64,000 bases of DNA from Candidatus Chisholmbacteria bacterium RIFCSPHIGHO2_01_FULL_52_32 (GTDB taxonomy: Bacteria; Patescibacteriota; Microgenomatia; UBA1400; Chisholmbacteraceae): contig MHCJ01000003.1 of the NCBI GenBank assembly GCA_001816585.1, positions 714,681 to 778,680 of the forward strand, read 5' to 3'. Of this stretch, positions 17,471-25,832 are shown piece by piece (the stretch's first letter is position 1; the number at the start of each line of letters is the position of its first letter). The position numbers and the translations under genes are program-made. Under the pieces are notes generated by a model. The model had not been told where the DNA came from. It saw nothing but the letters and a program-made list of their open reading frames with translations, and searched no databases.

Positions 17471-17514
17471 CTAAATGTTTATTGACTTCCATTTAGTTTA
17501 ATGATAATCTAAAT
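17471..17514 (+). promoter_or_regulatory. vapBC promoter with overlapping inverted repeats (CTAAATG / CATTTAG / CTAAAT)
   Basis: CTAAATGtttaTTGACTtcCATTTAGtttaatGATAATCTAAAT. A palindromic operator straddling -35 and -10 is the usual TA autoregulation architecture. Confidence 0.5.
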
Positions 17515-17519
17515 TCACT

Positions 17520-17762
17520 ATGACTTATACTTTAACTTTATCCTCACAAGGACAGGTGGTAATACCGAGTGAAGTGAGGAAAAAGCTGCGGCTCAAGCCT
17601 GGCAGTAGGCTGGTGATGTCGCTCAAGATAAAAGGGGTGAGTCCAAAGGCGATTCTTGAGCCCGAGCCGGAAAGCTGGGTTGCACATATTACCGGGCTCG
17701 GTAAAGGAATCTGGGGTAAAGGAGAAGAGTACATCGAAAAAGAGCGGAAAGGCTGGAAGTGA
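17520..17762 (+). CDS. vapB: AbrB/MazE-type antitoxin
   Basis: GQVVIPSEVRKKLRLKPGSRL is a SpoVT/AbrB motif, 80 aa. It lies directly upstream of a PIN toxin. Confidence 0.7.
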   Translation: MTYTLTLSSQGQVVIPSEVRKKLRLKPGSRLVMSLKIKGVSPKAILEPEPESWVAHITGLGKGIWGKGEEYIEKERKGWK

Positions 17763-17765
17763 GCG

Positions 17766-18236
17766 ATGCGAAAGATTTCCTCAGTAACCCTCGATTCAAT
17801 GATCTTCGTTTACCTGTTCGAAGAAGATAAACGTTTTATCAAAAAGATAAAACCGCTTTTTGAGAATATTGAGAACGGCCGTCTCAAGGCACTAACCTCG
17901 ATCATTTCTCCGCTTGAAGTTCTCTCCGCGCCGAAACTGGAGAAGGTACCTGAGAAGAGAACCGCTTTTAGGCGCTTTTTCCAAAAGACGCCAAATCTTG
18001 TCGTTCAGGCTTTATCGTGGGAAGTGATGGAGAAAGCAGCCGAGATGAGAAGAAGACACTTCTCCCTTCGGACTCCGGATAGTATCCAGCTTGCAACTGC
18101 GGTCGTTACGAAGAGTCAGCTTTTTATCACCAATGATGAAAAGCTGAAAAAGCTCAGAATCATGAATCTGACTATCTCACTTGTGAATGAACTGAACATC
18201 CAGAAATACTCAAAGATCTCTCGTAGTTCTTCCTGA
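17766..18236 (+). CDS. vapC: PIN-domain ribonuclease toxin VapC
   Basis: PIN acidic residues (LDSMIFVY...TPDSIQLATA...FITND), 156 aa. It starts 4 nt after the vapB stop. Confidence 0.7.
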   Translation: MRKISSVTLDSMIFVYLFEEDKRFIKKIKPLFENIENGRLKALTSIISPLEVLSAPKLEKVPEKRTAFRRFFQKTPNLVVQALSWEVMEKAAEMRRRHFSLRTPDSIQLATAVVTKSQLFITNDEKLKKLRIMNLTISLVNELNIQKYSKISRSSS

Positions 18237-18329
18237 GGTCTTCATTTGAGGGTTTTCCTTCGACTTCGCTCCCTCCGATTTCACTCAGGGTAAACTTCTC
18301 ATCCCTGCCAATCCATCGTCAATCCCAGC

Positions 18330-18405
18330 GCTTAAGCATTGAGCTTGCCGAATGGCTGTCCCGGTGGGACGCACCGCCCCGCATCGAATGGTGCTGGGGA
18401 TTTTC
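18330..18405 (+). other. 76-nt GC-rich structured segment bounded by the inverted repeat CCCAGCG...TGCTGGG
   Basis: cccagcgcttaagcattgagcttgccgaatggctgtcccggtgggacgcaccgccccgcatcgaatggtgctgggg contains internal hairpins (GTCCC-GGTG-GGGAC; GCACC..GGTGC). The minus strand ends CCCCAGCACCA, which resembles a tRNA 3' end, but no canonical cloverleaf folds. It sits at the boundary of a low-GC islet. Confidence 0.2.
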
Positions 18406-18546
18406 GAACTGTTCAGTGCGCTACTCTACTAAATAACCCAGAGGATTTCGATCAACAAACACATCATTTTCTTAAGATTTCGTGACTTATCTTACCCCTC
18501 AACTAACGATGTATTGATAATGATCTGATGAAAGTATAATAGACTC

Positions 18547-19077
18547 ATGAAACTCGTGATCGTATACGGACCTCCGGCAGTCGGAAAGTTGACAGTAGCA
18601 AAGGAATTAGCCGCTTTAACCGGTTACAAACTCTTCCACAATCACCTCACGGTTGACGTAGTAGCATCGCTTTTTGAATTTGGATCTCCTGTGTTTTGGG
18701 ATCAAGTCCGTCTAATGAGGGAACTTCTCTTTGAAGCAGCAGCCAAGAATAACGTGAACATGATTTTTACCTTTGTGTATGCTGCCGGCGAGGACGATAA
18801 AATCATTAACAATTATATCAACATCATTGAAAAGCATAGCGGCGAAGTGTGCTTAGTACAATTGAAAGCCTCAATGGAAGTACTTAAGAAGCGAATAATC
18901 AAGAGGAACAGGACACAATACGAGAAAATGACCAAAACTAACGAACTTGAGAAGTGGGTTGATAAATATAACCTTTTTTCACAAATTCCTGATCGCGAGA
19001 GTTTAATTATTGACAATAGCAGTCTCTCTCCTTCAGAAGTAGCACGACAGATCATCGCGCATTTTCAACTAAAGTAA
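18547..19077 (+). CDS. AAA_33-family P-loop kinase (polynucleotide-kinase / zeta-toxin superfamily-like)
   Basis: Walker A GPPAVGKLT, an acidic residue soon after, and the lid motif KRIIKRNRT (compare RNSKRG in T4 Pnk). 176 aa in a low-GC islet of ~35-40% GC. Confidence 0.5.
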   Translation: MKLVIVYGPPAVGKLTVAKELAALTGYKLFHNHLTVDVVASLFEFGSPVFWDQVRLMRELLFEAAAKNNVNMIFTFVYAAGEDDKIINNYINIIEKHSGEVCLVQLKASMEVLKKRIIKRNRTQYEKMTKTNELEKWVDKYNLFSQIPDRESLIIDNSSLSPSEVARQIIAHFQLK

Positions 19078-19139
19078 CCGTAAAGGGGGATGATTCTTTA
19101 ATACTCTGAAGATTGAGCAAGTGTTGTTGAGAAGGCGAG

Positions 19140-19544
19140 TCAAGGACTTTCCAGATACTTCTTTATTATCTTGCTATGTTCAAAAGCTAAATTTTCAAAC
19201 TCCTCTTTCTTATCTGGAAACACCCATTTGTAACCTAAGGAAAAATTCGGGTTAGGCAGTAATTCATTTTCATTAACTTTTCCCAGAAATACCATGGCTT
19301 CGTCAGTCATTTGGTCACCCTCTATTGGTATGGAAAAAATATATTCTCCTCGAAAAGAATTTGTTGAAAGATCACACCTAACTTCTTCAACTATCCCTAT
19401 TTCCGGCATAATTCCTTTTTTCGATTCTCCAATCCCACTGATTATTGCCCATCTTCCTTTAAAAGGTTCTCTTGCTCTTTTGGTTAAAAGAATTGCTCCT
19501 GCATCATTGATAATAATTGCGCATGCGGTTTTATATTTTTTCAT
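19140..19544 (-). CDS. NUDIX hydrolase
   Basis: Nudix box GIGESKKGIMPEIGIVEEVRCDL. The likely start is MKKYKTACAIII. It is low-GC and convergent with the kinase. Confidence 0.65.
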   Translation of the reverse strand: MKKYKTACAIIINDAGAILLTKRAREPFKGRWAIISGIGESKKGIMPEIGIVEEVRCDLSTNSFRGEYIFSIPIEGDQMTDEAMVFLGKVNENELLPNPNFSLGYKWVFPDKKEEFENLAFEHSKIIKKYLESP

Positions 19545-19620
19545 ATTGCTGGGAGGCGGGATTCCCTTCGGCCCATTCGATGAACTCAGGGCAAGCAAGG
19601 TCAGGGTAAACAATCATCAT

Positions 19621-21150
19621 TTATACTATTTCTTCCTGCGGCCGATACTGCAGGGCCTCCGCTAAATGTGACATTTTTATCTCTTCTTCACCCTCAAGGT
19701 CGGCGATGGTGCGGGAGATTTTGATGACCTTGAAGTAGGAGCGTGCGGTAAGGCCCATTTGGGCGGTGGCGGAGGTCAGAAGCGATTTACACTGGGGAGT
19801 AAGCGGGCAATAGTCCCTTACCTGTCTTGAGTTCATCTCGCCGTTGGTGACAAGGGTTGTTCCTTTGAGGCGCTTCGCTTGGTATTTCCTGGCTTTTTCT
19901 ATCCGTTTCCGGACCGAGTACGATTTCTCACCTTCTGCTACTTCCCCGGTGAGCTTTTTTAGTTCCACTTCCGGAACTTCCACATGGAGATCAATCCGAT
20001 CCAGGATGGGACCGGAGAGCTTTCGTCGGTAACGATTGATTTCTCCGGGCATGCAGGTGCACGGTTTTTTCTTACTTCCCAGATACCCGCAGGGACAGGG
20101 GTTTGCGGCTGCCACCATGATGAACTTTGCGGGGTAGCGCATCGTACCCAGGGCGCGGGAGATCTGCACAACACCATCCTCCATCGGTTGGCGCAGGGCT
20201 TCCAACACATGGCGGGGAAATTCGGGAAACTCATCCAAGAAGAGCACGCCACGGTGAGCAAGAGAAATCTCGCCCGGCTGCGGCCTACTGCCGCCACCAA
20301 TAAGGCCATTTCTTGAGATGGTGTGGTGGGGACTTCTGAATGGCCGGTGTTTGATCAGCGATTCTCCCGGAGGGATTTTGCCGGTGATCGAGTAAATCTT
20401 GGTTACCTCCAAGGCTTCCTGTTCGGTGAGATCCGGAAGGATTGAGGCGAGCGCTTGGGCAAGCATGGTCTTTCCTGCGCCCGGAACACCGCGCATGAGT
20501 GCGTTGTGCCCGCCGGCGGCGGCAATCTCAAGTGCCCGTTTCGCATGCTCCTGTCCTGCGACATCAGAAATGTCGAAGATGTAGGTTGATTCAGACTTTA
20601 ATTCATTAAAGTGGATGTGTTTTTCCCGCTTAATTTCAGAAATTCCTAAAAGGTGAAGGGTAAGCTGTTTGATTGTCTCTACAGGGAAAATTGTTACTCC
20701 GCTAACCACCGCCGCTTCTTTGGCGTTCACGGACGGGAGAAAAACCGATTCGAAGCGGTGCGTTTTCGCCAAGAGGACCAGCGGAAGAATCCCGTTCGTA
20801 TGGCGGAGCGTTCCGTCCAGAGACAGTTCTCCGAAGACAAGGGATTTCCTCACATCTGCTCTGATTTGGTTTGATGCGACCAACAATCCGAGGGCGATAG
20901 GTGCGTCATACGCCGGGCCTTCCTTCGGAAGATCTGCCGGAGCCAGGTTGACAATGATCTTGGTGTCCGGAAAATGCGCTCCCGAATTCTTCAGGGCGCT
21001 TCTGACCCGCTCTTTGGATTCTTCGACGGCTTTATCGGGAAGTCCGACAATGGTAAATGAGGGAAGACCGGTTTCGGAGACATCAACTTCTACCTCAACC
21101 GGAATGGAATCAAGCCCTACCGTTGCACCCGAGAAGACCTTGGCGAGCAT
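19621..21150 (-). CDS. comM: YifB/ComM family Mg-chelatase-like AAA+ ATPase
   Basis: N-terminal ChlI-like domain, Walker A GVPGAGKT and the Mg_chelatase C-terminus, 509 aa. Confidence 0.9.
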   Translation of the reverse strand: MLAKVFSGATVGLDSIPVEVEVDVSETGLPSFTIVGLPDKAVEESKERVRSALKNSGAHFPDTKIIVNLAPADLPKEGPAYDAPIALGLLVASNQIRADVRKSLVFGELSLDGTLRHTNGILPLVLLAKTHRFESVFLPSVNAKEAAVVSGVTIFPVETIKQLTLHLLGISEIKREKHIHFNELKSESTYIFDISDVAGQEHAKRALEIAAAGGHNALMRGVPGAGKTMLAQALASILPDLTEQEALEVTKIYSITGKIPPGESLIKHRPFRSPHHTISRNGLIGGGSRPQPGEISLAHRGVLFLDEFPEFPRHVLEALRQPMEDGVVQISRALGTMRYPAKFIMVAAANPCPCGYLGSKKKPCTCMPGEINRYRRKLSGPILDRIDLHVEVPEVELKKLTGEVAEGEKSYSVRKRIEKARKYQAKRLKGTTLVTNGEMNSRQVRDYCPLTPQCKSLLTSATAQMGLTARSYFKVIKISRTIADLEGEEEIKMSHLAEALQYRPQEEIV

Positions 21151-21204
21151 GAAAACAGCATAGAAGGTTTATCTTTCCCAAGCAAGGCTGTGAAGATCAG
21201 GAAG

Positions 21205-21270
21205 AGAATGTTAGAGGATTATAGAGGAGATTAGAGGACAGTAGAGGAAATTACCGGAAGGGATGTTAAG
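21205..21270 (+). repeat. octamer array (GTTAGAGG, TTATAGAGG, GATTAGAGG, CAGTAGAGG), copy 2
   Basis: gaatgttagaggattatagaggagattagaggacagtagaggaaattaccggaagggatgttaag, immediately upstream of the comM start. Confidence 0.75.
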
Positions 21271-21286
21271 TGTGATTGGGGGTACA

Positions 21287-21976
21287 TTATTCCAGCGGAG
21301 CTTCTCCGAAGATCCGGACTTCGGTGCCGGGGTTGTCCGCGGAAGCGAACATGCTCCGTTTGCCTTTGAGATCCGGTTTTGCCCATTCATAGATCAAGCC
21401 CGCCTCTTCGATCTTCATGTTGATACAGCCGTGGGACATGGGATGACCGAAGTTTGAGTGCCAGTACGTACCATGAATGCCAAATCCCCGCCAAGAAGGA
21501 ATTTCGGCATTGGAAAAATACATCACGAAGGGAACATTGGGAAGGTAGTAATAGGTCCGGAGGGCCTTTGAACCGCCCTCCATCTTCGTATAGCGAAGTT
21601 TTACCCAGATCCGGAAGATGCCGGTCGGGGTGCGGGCCCATTTTCCTGAAGAGATTAAGAAACTATAGATTAGGCGATCACCCTCATATGCAGAGAGCCG
21701 TTGATTGGTTAAATCCACCTCTATCCGTTTTGGTTCGTCGCTTTCCCCTAATACGGTTGGTTTTGGTTTGATTTCTGCAAGGAGTAAAGGGAGCGGTAAT
21801 GATTGGTTGTTGAATACCGCGGTGGTTTCCTTCGGATCAAATTCTCCGCTTACATCCCTCGGATCAACCGTTGCTTGCGGAGAAAATCGTGCGGAGAGCC
21901 AGTCTGAGGAAAGCAACACTTTCACCAGCAGTAAAACCGTTGTCGCTATCGGGAAAATCCACAATATTCGTTTCAT
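21287..21976 (-). CDS. L,D-transpeptidase (YkuD domain)
   Basis: HGTYWHSNFGHPMSHGCINM catalytic His/Cys motif with an N-terminal TM/signal, 229 aa. Confidence 0.8.
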   Translation of the reverse strand: MKRILWIFPIATTVLLLVKVLLSSDWLSARFSPQATVDPRDVSGEFDPKETTAVFNNQSLPLPLLLAEIKPKPTVLGESDEPKRIEVDLTNQRLSAYEGDRLIYSFLISSGKWARTPTGIFRIWVKLRYTKMEGGSKALRTYYYLPNVPFVMYFSNAEIPSWRGFGIHGTYWHSNFGHPMSHGCINMKIEEAGLIYEWAKPDLKGKRSMFASADNPGTEVRIFGEAPLE

Positions 21977-22009
21977 CGCTTTTAGTGTACTAAAAAAATG
22001 GTTGGAATT

Positions 22010-22435
22010 TTAGCGGGTGATCGTGAGGGGTACGTTTATTTCCGCGCTTGAGGCAGAGGCGGTCAGCCTCCCGGATGTTTCCCTGGCCAGTACATAGTCA
22101 GTGACGCCGGTCTGTTGGTTTCCGGTTGAGGGGTCAAACGGAATGGCGGGAATGTAGGTCGGGACGAGATCCGCCTGCAGTGCAAGACATCCGCCGCAGT
22201 TTCCGATGTCAAGCCAGTTGTTGGTCTGGATCTGGGTCGGATAGGTCCCATTGTTGTCGACAGCGAACTGATAGATGGCGTTGAGGATTTGGTACATGTC
22301 GTTTCGGCGGGTCGTATCCCGTGCCTGAGCAAACTGCCTGGCGGGATTGATCGCCACCAGGACTATAGTGGCAAGGATGGTGATGATTCCGATCACCACC
22401 AATAGCTCAATCAGCGTAAAGCCTTTGTTTTTCAT
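22010..22435 (-). CDS. type IV pilin-like protein (prepilin N-terminal methylation motif), paralog A
   Basis: MKNKGFTLIELLVVIGIITILA is a class III signal. The C-terminal half is ~75% identical to the next gene. The track start at 22486 adds 17 aa that typical pilins lack. Confidence 0.8.
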   Translation of the reverse strand: MKNKGFTLIELLVVIGIITILATIVLVAINPARQFAQARDTTRRNDMYQILNAIYQFAVDNNGTYPTQIQTNNWLDIGNCGGCLALQADLVPTYIPAIPFDPSTGNQQTGVTDYVLARETSGRLTASASSAEINVPLTITR

Positions 22436-22570
22436 TTCGATTCCACCTTCCGCCAAGAAGTCTTCCTCTTTTTTCCTTACCAACATACCACCATTCCCAT
22501 CATGCAGCGTTCACAACAACGTTTGAGTGAAAAATCTGTTCCCTTGTGAAATCCACTCCCTTTTCTCTTA

Positions 22571-23020
22571 TTACCTGGTGATGGTTAACGGGATTGTCAC
22601 CTCGGCACTTGAGGCACTTGCTGTCAGTCTGCCGCTTGTTTCCTGCGCCAATACGTAATTCGTCGTTCCCCCGGTGATGTCTCCGGTTAAGGGATCGAAT
22701 GGAATGGCAGGAATGTAGGTTGGGACGAGATCCGCCTGTAAATTGAGACATCCGCCGCAGTTCCCGATGTCAAGCCAGCTGTTCGTTTGGATGGCGACCG
22801 GGAAGTTGCCGTTGTTGTCCACCGAGTATTGATAGATTGCATTCAATACCTGGTAGATATCGTTTCTTCTGGTGGTGTCCCGTGCGATGGCAAATTGTCT
22901 GGCTGGGTTTACCGCAACCAGAACGATTGCTGCCAAGATTGCGATTATTCCGATGACAACCAAAAGTTCAATGAGCGTGAAACCCTTTATCATATTCTTT
23001 CTCATGGTATCTTTCCTCAC
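22571..23020 (-). CDS. type IV pilin-like protein, paralog B (tandem duplicate)
   Basis: KGFTLIELLVVIGIIAILA, with a C-terminus ...WLDIGNCGGCLNLQADLVPTYIPAIPFDP...GRLTASASSAE almost identical to paralog A. The start is GTG at 23020 or the internal MIKGF. Confidence 0.8.
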   Translation of the reverse strand: MRKDTMRKNMIKGFTLIELLVVIGIIAILAAIVLVAVNPARQFAIARDTTRRNDIYQVLNAIYQYSVDNNGNFPVAIQTNSWLDIGNCGGCLNLQADLVPTYIPAIPFDPLTGDITGGTTNYVLAQETSGRLTASASSAEVTIPLTITR

Positions 23021-23158
23021 CCCCCTTCAGCGTTTTGTCTTTTTTATACCCCTTTCACTCCAGAATGTGCGCTTTTTAGGCTTATTCAGCCATATCGCAC
23101 TTCTGGTGTTTTGGGGTATTGCACACTATAGGTATTAGTGAATTTAAGTATAAGGTGT

Positions 23159-23713
23159 TTATTTTTTCCCGAGTGCAATACGAATGTCGGATGTCTGGTT
23201 TTGATCCGGTTCAACGAGGCCAACGATCCACTGCTGATTCTCAAGAATTTGTTTCACCTCTTGCGCTTCTCTCTCTAGGCCGACCTTATAGACTACCGTG
23301 GTTTTCTCAAGTAATGAGGGGGCAGTGGAGATCGCGCTAACTTGGTATCCTTTCGTTTCAAGTACTTCCGCCAGGCTTGCAGCCGCTCCGGTGATGCCGC
23401 TGGCGTTTTCGATTTCTACTTTCGCTCTTATTTCCGGTGTTTCAGAGCCCTCTTGTTCTAATGTAGCAGAGGGGAAAATTGCTGTCAAATCGCCACTCTG
23501 AGAACTCTCGAGAACATCTGCGGCTTCTTCCAGCAACTTTCGGTTGAGTCTCGGGTTGGCTGCCGAGACAATGCGTTCGTCGATGTCTTTTGACTTAAGG
23601 ATATTTTCCAAGATTATCCTGGCATTCCCTGCCACAAGGAGCAGTAAGCCAACTAAGGCCAGGCCCTTGACCAGAAATTTCGGACTAATCTTTGACAAAT
23701 GATTCGTTAACAT
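23159..23713 (-). CDS. LytR_C-domain-like membrane-anchored protein within the pilus locus
   Basis: N-terminal TM, then VEIENASGITGAAASLAEVLETKGYQV...TTVVY, which resembles the LytR C-terminal domain. The family call is from memory. Confidence 0.4.
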   Translation of the reverse strand: MLTNHLSKISPKFLVKGLALVGLLLLVAGNARIILENILKSKDIDERIVSAANPRLNRKLLEEAADVLESSQSGDLTAIFPSATLEQEGSETPEIRAKVEIENASGITGAAASLAEVLETKGYQVSAISTAPSLLEKTTVVYKVGLEREAQEVKQILENQQWIVGLVEPDQNQTSDIRIALGKK

Positions 23714-24266
23714 AAAGCCTCAAGTTTACTTGAATTGACGTTCCTTCCGAGATACCGCTTGGGCTTTCCAGCCTTGCGGAATCAACGGTAAAAAGGTACG
23801 GAGAATTTTCAAGCCTGGTGAGGGCAGCCATTGCCTGCGGCAGAGATCCTTCGAATGCCAAGGCGAGGGGTAAGAAATTGAAACCTCCTGCATCCTTTAT
23901 CGGGGTATCGCTGACGAAGTTAAAGCTCCTTACCTGGCTTATGTCTTTTAACCCTTCCAGGAATTGGATTACTTCAAGAAGCCGAGATTGATCGGGAAGG
24001 GCCTTCTGAATTTTTTCTGCTTGGGTTTTTGTCGCTTGTAAATCCGCGATGAGTTTTTGCGCGCTTTGCTCCTGGAGTTTTTGAGCCAGGATTTCGCTTC
24101 TTAACACCACGATTGCTTTGGTCCTCTGCGGCAAAAGTATGAGCAGTATCACATCGACGGCGATGAAAAGTCCGTTTAGGAAGAGGATTGCCGGTGTCAT
24201 ATACGAACGGTACCCGCCCCTCTTTCCTGAATCCTCTTTTTTGGACTTGTCTTTTTTCGCAGGCAT
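23685..24266 (-). CDS. pilO: type IV pilus assembly protein PilO-like
   Basis: 193 aa, single TM, coiled coil and a periplasmic domain, in the expected position after pilMN. Confidence 0.6.
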   Translation of the reverse strand: MPAKKDKSKKEDSGKRGGYRSYMTPAILFLNGLFIAVDVILLILLPQRTKAIVVLRSEILAQKLQEQSAQKLIADLQATKTQAEKIQKALPDQSRLLEVIQFLEGLKDISQVRSFNFVSDTPIKDAGGFNFLPLALAFEGSLPQAMAALTRLENSPYLFTVDSARLESPSGISEGTSIQVNLRLYVNESFVKD

Positions 24267-24267
24267 C

Positions 24268-25728
24268 TTAGTTCATTTTTATGTTCATGATAAAGTCGAT
24301 GTTTTCCGCTTGCTCGATGCTTGAGAGCGGCAGGGTTGCCTCGCTGAACATATCTGTTCCCTCTATGTTTTCCCGAAACTTGAGGAGTACCGTACGGGTC
24401 CGGGCTTTTCCTACCAGCTTCAATTTCTTCTGGTTTTCGTCAAGAGTAAGACTTACGACGGCTACTCCTTCCGGAATGTTCGGCAGGAGCACGGCGAGAC
24501 GGGTTTGGGGGAATGTCCGACCGCTTCCAACCTCGACAATTGTCCTTCCATTCCGGTTAAGGCGCTCTGTTTCCTTTATTGCTTCCCCTGTCTCCTGAGG
24601 AAGCGGGGCCAAGGTTAGTTTCTCGGACTCAAGCTTTGCTGCGACACCTCCGAGGAAGACCTGCGTTCCCAGTGCCGCTATGGCAACGGTCGCGGTTACT
24701 CCGGTTGCAATGGCGAAAAGATATTTATTTATCCATTGGTTTTGTTTTACATCAAACGCTTCCTGAAGCTTGGGGGGAAGGAGATTGATCGTGCGGACGT
24801 TTTTGGGCTCTTCTATTTCTTTTTGCGCAAGCGATGATGCCACCGCAAAGCTTAATTCTCTCCCTTTCGGTAAGTTTTCAATCGGGAGCGGACACGGTTT
24901 TACCTCTCGCCCGGATCCTTTCCCTATTTCATCGATAGCTTCTTGGGATGCTCCTTCTCCGCAAACGTAGATCGTCTGGACTTTTTCTTCATCTTGATGT
25001 TTTGTTTCGTAAAAGGCGAGCATTTTTTGGATTGTCTGGATAAGGTACGGCAATCCCGCTTCTCCCTCCTCCCCTGCCAGAGAGACAATTGAACTTGCTT
25101 CAATGAGTTTGCCTTTCGTCAAGGTCAGGACAGCGTGCTCCCGTTGTAACTCGAGAATAACGGCCCGTTTCCCTTCCTTTTCAATCAGACGGACCAATGA
25201 GAGGGCAGTGGTTTCGAATGCAACCGGAGTCAAGTGAGCGGCCTCAAGGGCTGCGGTATATCCGTCAATGATCTCTTTCGCTACCGCAATTAAAAGGATG
25301 TTGATATGGTTTTTCTCCTCGCTTATGATCTTCCAATCCATATACACCTGGTCTGCAGGAACGGGGAGGTAGGTTTCCGCTTCCCACTCCACCGCCTCCG
25401 TCAGTTCATCTATCCGTAATAGCGGCATGGAGAGAATCTTCGTGTAGCATTTGTTCTCCGGGATACCGACGACGACTTCACGCTTATCGATTTTGGCTGC
25501 CTGGAACAATCTGAGAAGGGATTGGGAGAGTTTTTCCCCGTTTTTCACCTCTCCCCCTGTGATGACGGAAGGCTCGAGTCTTTCTTCAGCCAAGCGGGAA
25601 GCCCTCTTCCCCGTTTTATCTAAAAGGAGAATTTGAATTTTTTCTTCTGAGATAATGAGGCTTGGGTAGGTTTTGTGCTTAAGAGCAATCATGGCAGGCA
25701 AAGTTTCCCTTTTGCAAGGGTTCTTCAT
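24268..25728 (-). CDS. pilM: PilM (actin-like ATPase) fused to a PilN-like TM/coiled-coil C-terminal region
   Basis: The N-terminal ~340 aa are a PilM/FtsA-like fold. The C-terminal ~140 aa hold a TM helix (LFAIATGVTATVAIAALGTQVFLGGV) plus a periplasmic segment typical of PilN. Confidence 0.7.
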   Translation of the reverse strand: MKNPCKRETLPAMIALKHKTYPSLIISEEKIQILLLDKTGKRASRLAEERLEPSVITGGEVKNGEKLSQSLLRLFQAAKIDKREVVVGIPENKCYTKILSMPLLRIDELTEAVEWEAETYLPVPADQVYMDWKIISEEKNHINILLIAVAKEIIDGYTAALEAAHLTPVAFETTALSLVRLIEKEGKRAVILELQREHAVLTLTKGKLIEASSIVSLAGEEGEAGLPYLIQTIQKMLAFYETKHQDEEKVQTIYVCGEGASQEAIDEIGKGSGREVKPCPLPIENLPKGRELSFAVASSLAQKEIEEPKNVRTINLLPPKLQEAFDVKQNQWINKYLFAIATGVTATVAIAALGTQVFLGGVAAKLESEKLTLAPLPQETGEAIKETERLNRNGRTIVEVGSGRTFPQTRLAVLLPNIPEGVAVVSLTLDENQKKLKLVGKARTRTVLLKFRENIEGTDMFSEATLPLSSIEQAENIDFIMNIKMN

Positions 25729-25782
25729 TAATTATAGCGTCTTGGGACCGCGTGTATACCCCATTGCGGGAAGCGAGATTTA

Positions 25783-25812
25783 TGAATTATGAATCATGAA
25801 TTATGAATCACG
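25783..25812 (+). repeat. tandem 14-mer (ATGAATTATGAATC, two copies plus a partial) in the pilC-pilM intergenic region
   Basis: tgaattatgaatcatgaattatgaatcacg, read directly from the sequence. Confidence 0.7.
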
Positions 25813-25832
25813 GGAAGTTAGGGAAAACAAGA

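Noticed and set aside
18330-18420. Possible tRNA, permuted tmRNA or SRP RNA, suggested by the minus-strand ...GTTCGAAAATCCCCAGCACCA and the plus-strand CCCAGCG/TGCTGGG closing stem
   Set aside because: I could not fold a canonical cloverleaf on either strand: the T-loop would be 9 nt, and there is no D-arm or anticodon-arm geometry. There is no tmRNA tag reading frame ending in a hydrophobic ALAA-like peptide, and a downstream coding piece would overlap the vapC 3' end. I kept it only as an unexplained structured GC-rich element or att remnant.
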